Positions 40,311-51,400 of a stretch of 64,000 bases of DNA are shown here, piece after piece (the first letter of the stretch is position 1; every line of letters starts with the position of its first letter). Made by a program: the position numbers and the translations under genes. The notes below the pieces were generated by a model. That model was not told where the DNA came from, did not search any database, and saw nothing but the letters and a program-made list of their open reading frames with translations. This DNA comes from Azolla caroliniana (lineage: Eukaryota; Plantae; Polypodiophyta), in the NCBI GenBank assembly GCA_043228905.1, contig JBHGNT010000017.1:6138001-6202000 (forward strand), written 5' to 3'.

Positions 40311-43300
40311 CTCAACATCATATGCAAAACGGCCATGAGATAAGTGTGTGATTAGAGCAAACACGCTCGACCCAATGCACAAGAATAATTATTATCGTAA
40401 GAGTTCAAGAGAGGAGAGAGTGGGATATATATCGCAATATGCAAAAGGCCATGAGTTGAGCGTGTGCGATTAGTGCAAACACGCTCGGCCCGATGCATAA
40501 TAATAAGTAAAATCGTAGCGTAGTAGGAGGTAGAAAGAAAGAGAATAAAACGTAATACCAATTTGATTCGACCATAAAGAACGCATAATAGAAAAAGAGA
40601 AGAGATCAAAAAAGAAGAATACCGGGTTTAGAGTGTTGTTTTGATCCTGAGAAGAGCATGACGAGCCTTGTTAGATCCCCCTCGCTCACACGCAAAAAAC
40701 ATCAAAACAACAAAAAAATTGTTAGTAAAAGCTCTGATACCACTGTTAAGAGTCTATTACTAATCAATAGACCAAATCAAGTAATAAGGAAGAAAATAGA
40801 TTGGATAGAAGAACCCATTCCACCCGACCACCCCCGAGCTATGATCTAGACATAGCCAACCTACCACCGACGTCCCATACCGCCGGATATTAGGATGACT
40901 AATACCTTGGAAGAGATAAACACGATCGTCGAGACGAAAGCCTAGCCCGCACCACCGGTGTCTACGACAGCAGCCTTCCGACGTGATGATCCTTATGAGG
41001 GTAGCTAAGCCTCATATTTATACCTTTTCCTAGGCCCCTTGAATAGATGTGCCTTTCTAAAAGGCTCTCTATTCATTGGTTGTCTAAATCATGATAGTGC
41101 ATGCACATGTCATTCATTCTATCCAATCATTAGTCCCCTTTTTAATAATAGTGAACATACCCTTCACTAATGTAAATATTAGCGACCTACCCTCACCAAC
41201 GTTATGTGTACATAACAACTTCTGCCTGTCCATAAGGACTTGTATAAAAAGCGTCGATTGAGCGCATCTTATACAGAGCAACGGACAGTTATTTTTGAAT
41301 CTAAGTTTTGTGTGTTCGGCTCACACACACACTCTCTCTCATTCTTTGTCTCTCCTGGTTACATTCTGTCGTGTTCAAAGCTTTCCATTAAACCTTCTCT
41401 TCATCATCTATGTTACACGGTTGTGTCTGTTACATTTCCACACACGTTATTCTTTTACAATTATTGCTTAGATAGCAAGGCCTAACTATTTGGACGTGTT
41501 CACACCAAGATACAAATTGGAAGGAGTCATCCTTTTATGCCAATAGGTCATGTTACCGTACGAGATGTACGGAAAGTAGAGTTTGATGAGCGAGGGTCGA
41601 ATGCTATAATGTGGTCGATGTGTATGACTAAATGTGCACAAGTATAATTGTAAGTATGAGTCGATACTTATGTGAACACATGCACACGTGTGTGAATGTG
41701 GACAGATATGAGGAGGTGTGAGTGAGTGACTAGTGTGAATGGCGAAGGGGGCTTGCACCCCTATGTTCTACCCTTTTGTAACTATTTAACCCCTTATGGG
41801 GAATGAATGAAGAAAGGAATAGTTCTCTCTCAACTTCTCTCTCTCTCTTTGACACCTTTTCTCTCTTTCTCTCTTTCTCCCTCTCTCACATTGAACCCCC
41901 CCTTGGGAGGGGGGTGGTGCCTAGAAATGCTTATCAATGTTTACTCATCTCTCCATCACTCAGCAATGCTCTTCATCGCACCCATCATTAACATCATGCT
42001 ATCATAATTATCATAACCCTAACCCTATACCAACAACACTATTTTGGCGACCACTAAGGCGATCCCCTTTGCAGACGAAGTCGAAGACTAATACGCGGCA
42101 AAGACATAGCAACGATGAATTGTGCGAGAATGGTGGCGATGATGTGCGAGAAATCAAATCGACAATGAGCAACAAATGGCAGTCACAATGTGTGAGACGA
42201 AGTCGAGGAATGAGATGGTGTCGTGAACTAGTTGCTTCACGATATCAAAAATCTATAGAAGTACATTTCCCGTCTAGAGCTTATGACAAGGAGCATGAAG
42301 GAATTTTCGGTTCGTGAATCAGAGTTCAGAAGCCTAAGATACAAGCTTCGGAAGGACTAATGCAACTCGGGACACAAATATAATTATGTAAAAAGGGGGA
42401 TTCGAAATTAAATAAGGGTCATTTTTGTAATTTCTCAAATTTACAACTATAAAATCGAATTTGTAGAATTTATAAATAAAATAAATAATAATAATAAATA
42501 AATAACCGCCTGCATGTGGTGGTCTGTCAACCGCCTCAAGATGGTGGTAGGGCGGTTGACCACTCTATAAAAGCCATGCCCATGGTGGCTAAAATGGAAG
42601 GGTAGAGGGGGGAAATGAAGAGGAGAAGAAGAAGAGAGAGAAGGAAGGACGCGAGGGAGGAAGCTCGCAAGAACAAGGGATGTAGAGGTCGCTCATGAAG
42701 CTAGTGACCTGCTGAACAAAAGACAAAAAGTAAAACAAAGAGATAGAAAAGAAGAAAACCAAGAGGTTGAAGTGGTGTATCTTAAACGCCTTTTTGCAAA
42801 CAAAAGGTAGTGAGTTCGAATAATCTCAAAACAACTTCTGAGACCGGCAGGAAATGTTGAGAATGCACGGGAAATGGTTCCACAAGAAGCAAAGTGGAGA
42901 TAGCCAAGAACGGAATCAAGAAAAGAAAGCCAGCAGGAAGGACAAAAATAGACGAAGAAGGAGATGTGTTAAGGATCTATGTATTGATGGAGTAAGCTCC
43001 TCGATGTCGTGGCGGGATTCGGACCGGTGTATACCCTCTTGATGGCGAATCGGGCGGAAATGGTTGTCGTATACCTCTGAGTCTCACACTCACTTAACGA
43101 TTAGTAAATGATTGAGCACAATATCTCTCTCACTCTTTCAAGCTCTCTCTCATAGACAATAGGTTAATAGATATAGACAATAAGAAGGAAGAGTATGTTT
43201 ATTAACCCTCTTTGCTAAGAGGTCTAGCACCAACAAGGAGAGAGATTAGTGTTCTCTAACTAAACACCTCACTAATCTCTCTTAAACTCAAAGGTTACAA

Positions 43301-43963
43301 GGAGGAGGAGAGGAAGCTCTAGATCTAATCAATAGGAGATCTTTACAAATGGGAGAACCCCCACAAAGCCACTACTATGTGGTTTATATAGCTTTCACGT
43401 TTAGGGTATGGCCCTTTCACACTTGACCGTCTCTTTGCTTTCCTTTCCTCTTGTTGTTTCCTCTTCATCTACGTCCTTGTTGATGCGTTCTTATACGTGA
43501 CTGGTTGTGTTGTTATTCTAGCGCTTAACATCCCCCCCAACCTAATGAGTGCACACCCTTGGGTGCACTGTGGGAGGGGAGCTTCGGGCATCGGGGGCGA
43601 GTAGGATTGAGTAGGGGGGGTTCTTTGGGGGGCGGGGGGCGGCGGAAATGATGGCAAAGACGGCGGATGTTCATTGGTGGTAGTTGGATTTCCTGCAGTT
43701 GGTCGGTTGTTGTGAAGAAAATCTTTCTTGGGGCCGGTGAGCTAGGTGCAGGTGTTGTGGCCGGCAAAGGGAGAAGGGGGGGTATAAGCGGGGGAAAAAC
43801 GTGTGTCAATCATGGTTTCAAAATCCCATTTGTAGGTGGTGGGGAGTACATTGACGCAGGTCCAAAGGCCGACCAGTTGGCGGTGAGTTGGACCTTTATT
43901 CAAATCAAAGGTGAGGCCCCACGCTGGGTGGTTGTGCCGTTGGACGGGGGGGGCTTCGTACAG

Positions 43964-44604
43964 TGTCGCGAAGATTCGCGCGTGCGTGTGCTACTCGAGC
44001 GACCACCGGGGTCTTGGACTGGGGAGGATGTTTGCAGAATTATCGAAGAGATGATGATCAATGTAAGATTAGATGAAATTGGTTTACTTGAGAAGAAGAA
44101 AGATTGTACACTTGAGAAGTAGAAAATATGAAGAAGATAAAGACAAATATAATTATATTGATGATAATGGTGTTGGTGATATCACATATTGAGCCCCCCT
44201 TACACCAAGCCCAACTAGAGGCTTTTATAGGTCTTTCCATGCTTGTGACATGCACAAAACCATGGGCTAAAACCATGGTTTTGTGCACACGGTTTTGCTT
44301 ATGTCATGCACAAACCATGGGTTTAGAACCATGGTTTTGTGCACATGGTTTTCTATGGTTGTTTCATCTATAATTCGTATATAAAAAAGAAATACATAAA
44401 ATCTACGCTATATGATAGTTGTCCTAATGGTAAGGCAATCATCTTTTATCTTAGAGGTGCAAGGTTCAAACCTTGCTTGCACCCCTCTGTATAAACTCAA
44501 GTGCCACTAGGCCTTAGGTTTATTTGCTAAGTGCATGTGCAATGTTGCACATCCTTGGTTTATTCGTCTCACTCGGTTTCACACCGTAGCCGAAAATCGT
44601 CACA
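43964..44604 (-). mobile_element. Solo LTR (TGTCG family), 4-bp TSD ACAG/ACAT
   Basis: Removal with a 4-bp duplication restores DSGP-LYEAPP; tRNA-like module 44413-44484 (TGTCCTAATGG 44420, GGTTCAAACC 44463). Confidence 0.82.
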
Positions 44605-46786
44605 ACATTGGGCCAGAGTCAAGGAGAATGAGTAGAAGTTGTAGGAAGTGAAGGTTGGCTTGAATGTCGGGGTCCGAGACGTCGAGGTATGTATGTAGGA
44701 ATCTTCGCATGACCCAGATCATGCCGGGTTCGGTTGGGGATGTGCGCGGGGGTCGGGGGGAACAACGACCAGTTGAATTGAAGAGTGGGTGTATGCAAAC
44801 CAAGGAACCGCCACAAGGGTTGGGTGCTGGGAGGTTTGAGGAGGGGGTCGGCGACGGGGTGGTGCCACCCTCGAGTGGGGGTGGGGTTTGCGGCTGCCCA
44901 AGTAGACATCTTATCGCGGTAAACATGGGGGTAAAGGAAGATGTTGACTAGGGGTTCGGAGGCGACTTCGGGGTAATAGGTGTAGAGGCGGGTGAGGAGT
45001 AGGGGGGGTCTCGTAGAAGTCGAACTCCCAGGGGATGGGGGCGGCAGATTGATTGTCAAGACGAGTGTCCCAACCGATACCACTTTCGATGCAATCAAGG
45101 GCGGTTTGGAGGCCGTGGGTGAGTTGGTAACAGTCGACCAAATCAGCGTAGAAGGTCGCAATGTTGAATCGGGCGCTCGGGGCGTGGAGTAGAGGAGGTG
45201 TAGTGAAGATGGGGGGGGGGTAATTGTTGGTGGAGCATGAGGTGGGCGAGGGGGTGGTTGAAAGGGAGAGCTTTGCGGAGGATGGCCTCCGTGAATGTCC
45301 CGACCGGGGTGGGTGACGACCCGTGTGTGGAGGGGGAAAGGGTCGGGTGGTGGGGGGGGGGGGGGGGGGGGGAGGGGGTGGGCCGAGGGGGCTATGCGAA
45401 AGGGGTTGTCCCCAAACATGTGATGTGTGTGATCATGGACGTGGTGTTCACTGAGGTGAGGGTGTGGAGGCGAGTGGTGAGGGGGGAAGGGAAGTGGGCT
45501 GGTAGGGGGGGGGCGAGGAGGCAGCTGGGTGTCGGGTTCATCAAGTGAGTCGTGGTCCCACCCCAGGTCGATCTCCGGGAGGGGGAAGGGGGTAGAAGGG
45601 CACGAGCACGAGCCTCGTCGAACGTCATGAGTTGATACTCGCGAGAGACGTCGTGGTATAGGGGTAATTCTGGCATGTCGTCAGCCTCGAGGTTGGTGGG
45701 CCAATTGAATGTGACGTATTCGATGTTGAATATGTGAGTACGAACCCAGACGTCCCAGGCGGTTTGCCAAGCGCGTATTAGCCAGAGGAAACCGAAAGGG
45801 GGTACGGAGGTCATTGTGTTTTCCAACAGGGTGCGGGTGAGGGTGTCGGGCGATGTGGTGTAAGCGCACCAGTGTTGCGAAGAGGTGGGCTAGCTGGGAT
45901 TCGGTGACTTGCATCGTGACATCAGAAGGGTAGGTGAAATAGATCAGGTCAGAGATGTCTAAGTCGGGGGTGAGGGCGGTGTGAAGGTAGGCCATACCTT
46001 CGAGGAACAAAATAGGGAGGTGTTGGGGGAAGTGGTCGTCGGCTAGGGGAGCAGGTTCTTCGGTGGCTTCTTGGTACAACATGAAGAGGGCAAGGGGCGT
46101 GGTTGTCTTCGAGGAGTACGCAGATGAAGGTCTGCCGGTCTAGGGGTGTGACATCATCAAAGAATACGCGATGCGTGGCGGTTAACGACCGAAGGACGCA
46201 CGTTGCTTGGATGAGGAGGGTGCATGGTGTGCGTGGTGCAGTGAAAAGTTCGGAGAGCAGGGAGGTCGAGATCACGTACACCGAAAGTGCCTGGATCATA
46301 TTCGGAGAGCCAGTTGGGTGTAAGGAGAGGGTCTAAATGGTGTAGGGGTCTGTCACGCCGGTGGTGAGGGTGTGTTCAAGGGCGGCTTTGGACGTGGTGA
46401 GTTGGAGGATGTCATTTTCGAGGTCGGCGCACTGGCGGCGGTGTTTGATGAGGAGACATCAGTTCCGTTCATTGGCGACTTCGACTTGGTGGACCATGGC
46501 GTCACGTTCAGCCTTGAGGGTGGTGATCTCGCTCGTGAGTTGGTGAGTTGTGGCCATGGCGGCGGCCAGGGCCTCGGACCGTTCGGAGAGATCAGCCATC
46601 ACGGCTGCGAGGCGGGCCTCGGTCAGTTGGTGTTGGGTGGTGAGGTGGACATACTCGGCCGAGAGTTCGGCATGTGTTTGTGCTGCGCGATCCTGGTCGT
46701 GGTGCCAGGTTGTCTGAGCTTGTTGGAACTCGTCAGCGAGTTGTAGGTGTCGGTTTGCGTTGTCAGGAGTTCTTGCTTGAGGAGGA

Positions 46787-46886
46787 NNNNNNNNNNNNNN
46801 NNNNNNNNNNNNNNNNNNNNNNNNNNNNNNNNNNNNNNNNNNNNNNNNNNNNNNNNNNNNNNNNNNNNNNNNNNNNNNNNNNNNNN
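46787..46886. other. Assembly gap (100 N)
   Basis: Run of N. Confidence 1.
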
Positions 46887-48418
46887 ATCGAGATTAGCTT
46901 CGGCTGACACGTGGGTGATCGGGGGTTGTTTGTCCGCCGGTAGCTGTGCTTGTTCACCTTGGTGTACCTGTCGTAAGAAGTCGCGTTTGGGGAGGGAAGG
47001 CGCTCGGGTTGGCCTGGAACAGTGATCTTGCAGAAGCGTTCTTGGCAACGTATGAAGGGAGGGGGGGGGGGGTCCAATGCTGAACTTTGCGCACAAGTAG
47101 CGAGTGAGGAACCACGCAAAAATGACAGTCGATTTGGGCCGTGTGTGCCATTCTCGGACCCGACGGACAAGCTCATGAGCCCACTGAACCGGTTGCGGAT
47201 CATGTCCCCACTTGAGGTACTCTCCGGTGATACGGGCGGTGGCATCGGTGGATGCGGTGTTGCCGATTTGGGCAATTTGGGCAATTGCGCTACAACGGTC
47301 GTGGAGATGTAGAGGGATTTCGGTGTAACGTCAACCTTCGCGTCCAGAATATTCGGCGTAGGCGGCAGGAATGATGCTGGGGAAAACCCTTGGGGTCCTC
47401 ATGGTGCGGAAGGGGGCGCCCTCGAGTGGTAAATGCAACATAGCACAAACGTCGGTCGTGGTGATTTGGAATGTGACGGGGGGGGAATCCGCGAAAGCCT
47501 GCATATCGACGTGGCCCGTGCGGGGTTGTACCCGATGAGGAAACGGTTGACCAGCTCGGGTAGGACGCCCCACGGCCCGATCCCAAGGAAGAACTTGAGG
47601 AACGCCGAGGGTTGGGATCCAAGGGTGCCTAACAGAGAGAGGGGGGAGGGGGTGGAGGGGAGGAATGGTGTGAGGGAGGAGGGAGAAGAGTGTTGTAGAG
47701 AGGGTAGCAAGAGGGAAGGGGACAAGAAGGAGGAGCGCTAAAAAACAAGGGAGGGGGGTAGAGCAAAGAAGAAGAAGGAAGAAGAAGAAGCAAAAAAGTA
47801 AAACTAAAAATAAAAATAAAAAGAATACTAAAAAATAAAATAAAGAAAACAAAAAAACAAAATAATAATAATAATAATAATAGAAAATAGAAAATAAAAT
47901 AATAAAAATCCTAAAAATAAATAAAAATAAAAATAAACAAATAAATAAAAATAAAAATGAAAATAATAGACATTAAAAATAAATTAAATTAATAAAATTA
48001 AAAATAAATAATAAATAAATAAATAAATAAATAAATAAAAAATAAACCACGGCAACGAGGGACAATCGAAGGGAACGCGAGGCCGGAAGGGCAAGGAGTA
48101 ATCGATGAAAAAGATTCGGATAGCGATGATAATTAAGAAACTGCGAGGTGGTTAAGGTTGGCATACAGGCGGGAGGTCTGAACGGGGGTCTACGGGGAAC
48201 GTGGTGAGGGATTGGGGAAATTAAGAGCTTTTGAGAAACCTTGAGGGTGCGAATGTGGAGGGAGTGTCACTCAGGTATCGTGTGAGGTTCCGGACCCGTG
48301 ACTTTTAAGGACCCAGACCTGCGGCATGTTTATTAAGGGATGGGGAGGATTTGTGAAACCTTTCTACGGGGTTTCGGCCTCTCAGTTGTTTAGGCTTGTC
48401 GATTCCTGTGGCTTTAAC

Positions 48419-51400
48419 CTAGGCAGGATACCGAACTGATGTGTGTGATTTTTGGGTGTCCCATGCAGGCGTGGTATGATCGTGACTGGGGAGCCAGCTT
48501 CTTTTCAGGACCCAAAAGCTAGTGGCGCCTTTGTGCCAACCTTGTGCGGTTGTGAGTGTCTTTTTGACTCGCCAAATGGCAAATTCTCCACAACGATGTC
48601 CGTCCGCAAAAATAGCGTGAACGTTCACCCATTCCCGTGGTTTGGGTGTCTGCGTTCTGACGTTAGCGTCGCACTGGTCCTGGATGGCCAGTGGGTGTTG
48701 GCATTCGGTTTGGTTGAGCGACTCCGCGCCTTGGGGTTCATCGAGGTCCCATGCAGGGGTGGTCCGATCGCGAGCGGAGAGTCGGTTTCGTTTTGGAACC
48801 CAGAAGCTAATGGCGCCATTGTGCCAACCTTGTGTAGTTGTGAGTATTTTTCTGACTCGCCACACAACACGTTCTCCGCAATGTGGGCCGTCAGCGAAAA
48901 CTGCATGGACGTTCACCCATTCTCATGGTTTACGTGTCTGTGTTCTAATGTTAGTGTCGCGCTTGTCATGGACGGCTCGTGGGTGTTGGTGTGCTATTTG
49001 TTTGGGTAACTCACGCTTTGGGGATCAGCGAGGTCAGTGGATGTGATTCGAGTGTTGTTGTGACGAGGTCCTCGAACTTCAGTCCATCTCCTGTTTGGAA
49101 GGAAACGATGTGTTTCCTAGGTGATAGGAGACATTCGCTTATGCGACACCAATCTAAACCGAGGCATTGTGTGTACATCACTCCGGGTGGGACTACCTGA
49201 ACTTGGATTGAGTGCGTGCTATATTCTGTCTTGATGCTACACCCGAAAGTTCCAAAGCAGCATGATGTGGACCCATCGAAGCCACGAAAGTTGTCGTTGC
49301 ACACTTCGAGGTCTAGGCAACCTAGACGTCTCCATGTTTCGAAGGAAAAAAGGGTTAGCGATGCTCCTGTGTCGATTACCGCCGTCAAAGGCATGTCATC
49401 GACGCAGCATCATAGTTGTATTGTTCCGTCATCAGAGTTGGCCGCCTGAGCCATGGCTGTCGGATGGGTGTGTCCCTGTCGCTTCAATTTCGCTTGCATA
49501 TTGTGCAGGTCGGTTTCGAGCCGGGCCATTTGGCCTTCAGAGGCCTTAAGTTTGGCCTCTACCTCTCGTTGCCGAGCTGTGAGTAGAGCCTCAACTGTGA
49601 GGGGTCCATAGTAACGTTTGAGCTTGCTCCCATTGATGAACCCGAGCATGTCAAAACCTTCGAGCATGCGTAGGCAACATGCTTCTATCTTGGTAATCTC
49701 TGAAACCACATACGGGCCTTCACCCCGTAACTTAAGCTTCTTCTTGTGTCGTTGAGAGGAGAATTTGAGGGCCATGTCGCCTTTAGGGAGGTCTTTGTTC
49801 TTGACTTTATTGTCGTGCCACACCTTTCTATTGGCTTTCTCTGCCAAGAGTGCCTAGAATGACTAGGTTCTCTAGGAGTGACGGTAGGGGTTCCCCGTCC
49901 CATCGTTCTTGTACGGCGATCCTAAGGCTAGGGACAAGGAACTTGATGGGTAATACTGCTTCTTGCCAGTACACTAGTTTGAATGGTGTGTGGCGAGTTG
50001 CGACTTTGTAGGAAGTACGGAAAGCCCATAATGTTGCTTGGAGTTTGGTGCTCCAATCAGATCGTGAGGCGGCGATTATCTTTGTGAGCATTGCACATAA
50101 CACCTTATTCGTGCTTTCCGCTTGTCCGTTGCATCGAGGGTAATAAGGAGAACTTTTGCGATCTGTCACCATAAATTTGCCTAGTAAATGTGCTATCACT
50201 TCGTTGAGGAAATGCGAGCCTTGGTCACTAATGATTTCGAGCGGACATCCAAACCGTACTATGACATTTTCATATAGGAATTTGGCAGTACTACGTGCGT
50301 CGACGTTATTCTCGAATGGTTGCCATGCCACCACCGAGTTTAACGTATTGAAATCCGCTTTTAGCGGGTGTTTAAAACGTTGGCACTCGTCACAACGGCG
50401 TACGTACTCGTATGCGTCTTTGAAGAGTGTTGGCCACCATAGGCTGGATTGGAGGATCTTGCGCGCAGTGGTCTCGTGATTAAAATGACCACTTCCGCTC
50501 CCGCAATGAGCTGTTCGAGGGTGGCGACGACGTCATGGTCTGTTACACACCTCCGAAATAGATCGTCGTTACCCTGACGGTACAAATTGCCACGGAGCAT
50601 CGTGAAGGGGCCACGTTTCTTTAGCAAGACACATGTGTGTGTCTGTGGTAGTTGTTTTAGGAAGGACGCTCCTTCAATTAGGACACGAATGATGTCTTAT
50701 GCCCATGTTGGTACAATGTCGATCGTGAATAATGCTACATCTGGTGTTTCATCATCGAACTGGGGTACGATCCATCGTGAGATGCGTCCAGTGGCGTGAG
50801 TTTTGTTTACTAAGTAGAGTAGGGCCTAATGATCTACAAAAAATGAGAACCGGGACGCCAAAAGATAGTGGCGGAATTTCTTTACGCTGTAAACCATGGC
50901 CAAAGCCTCCCATTCCATCGTGGAGTAATTTCGTTCCGCAGCATTTAGTTGGCGACTAGTGAAGGTGACCGGTAGGTCGAGTGCCCCTTCATCGGGTTGA
51001 GTTAGCACTGCACCAATCGCGAAGGCGGAAGCGTCGGTGTGAACGTGGAATTCTTTGGTCCAATCGGGAGGCCGAAGGATGGGGGCCTTAGTTAGGCACT
51101 CTTTCAAGAGCTTGAAGGAGTGTGTGCATTCTTTTGTCCACACGAACTACTTAAATAGGGTGTAGAGTGGTCTAGCCTTGTCCGCAAACATCTTAATGAA
51201 GCGTCTATAGTAACCCGTGTATCCCATGAACCCTTGTAGTTGTTTCTCATTTCTGGGGGGTGGCATGTCGAGGATGAGTTTTACTTTTGCCTCATCATTC
51301 GAGATCCCGTGGCGGGACACGACGTGCCCTAATATTAATCCGTGCTTGACCCAGAACTGACACTTGAGTGGGTTGAGAGAGAGTTGATAAGTCCTGCATT

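Larger units (their letters stand above)
34103..41217 (-). mobile_element. Young chromodomain-bearing Ty3/Gypsy element E inserted in 3' LTR of D
   Basis: 474-bp LTRs 34103-34576 and 40744-41217 (2 mismatches seen); perfect TSD ACTTC; Met PBS 40731-40742; PPT 34577-34586. Confidence 0.97.
26907..41459 (+). mobile_element. Ty1/Copia element D (diverged relative of C) inserted in 5' LTR of A
   Basis: 5' LTR 26907-27312; Met PBS 27313-27324; PPT before 33903; 3' LTR 33903-34102 + 41223-41459; TSD GTTAT/ATTAT; degenerate gag-pol 27395-33767. Confidence 0.93.
4440..41545 (-). mobile_element. Ty1/Copia element A (Tnt1/Tork-like), outer host of a 37-kb nest
   Basis: 3' LTR 4440-4736; 5' LTR 26711-26906 + ~41465-41545; PPT 4737-4745; Met PBS 26697-26708; TSD AGTCA (4435-39) / GGTCA (41546-50). 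Confidence 0.88.
43600..47700 (-). pseudogene. Extra ORF region of G (PMD-like N-terminal part, coiled-coil, Pro-rich parts)
   Basis: ITTTDVCAMLHLPLEG resembles the plant mobile domain motif ITLEDVxxxLGLPxxG; frame continues through one TGA at 47331; same strand as gag-pol. Confidence 0.55.

Noticed and set aside
24796-41222. Shared ACTTC TSD for C and E as a target preference
   Set aside because: Different superfamilies and only two events; likely chance.
46787-46886. Mis-join at the N gap
   Set aside because: G's paired LTRs and perfect AGATG TSD span the gap; only gap size is unknown.
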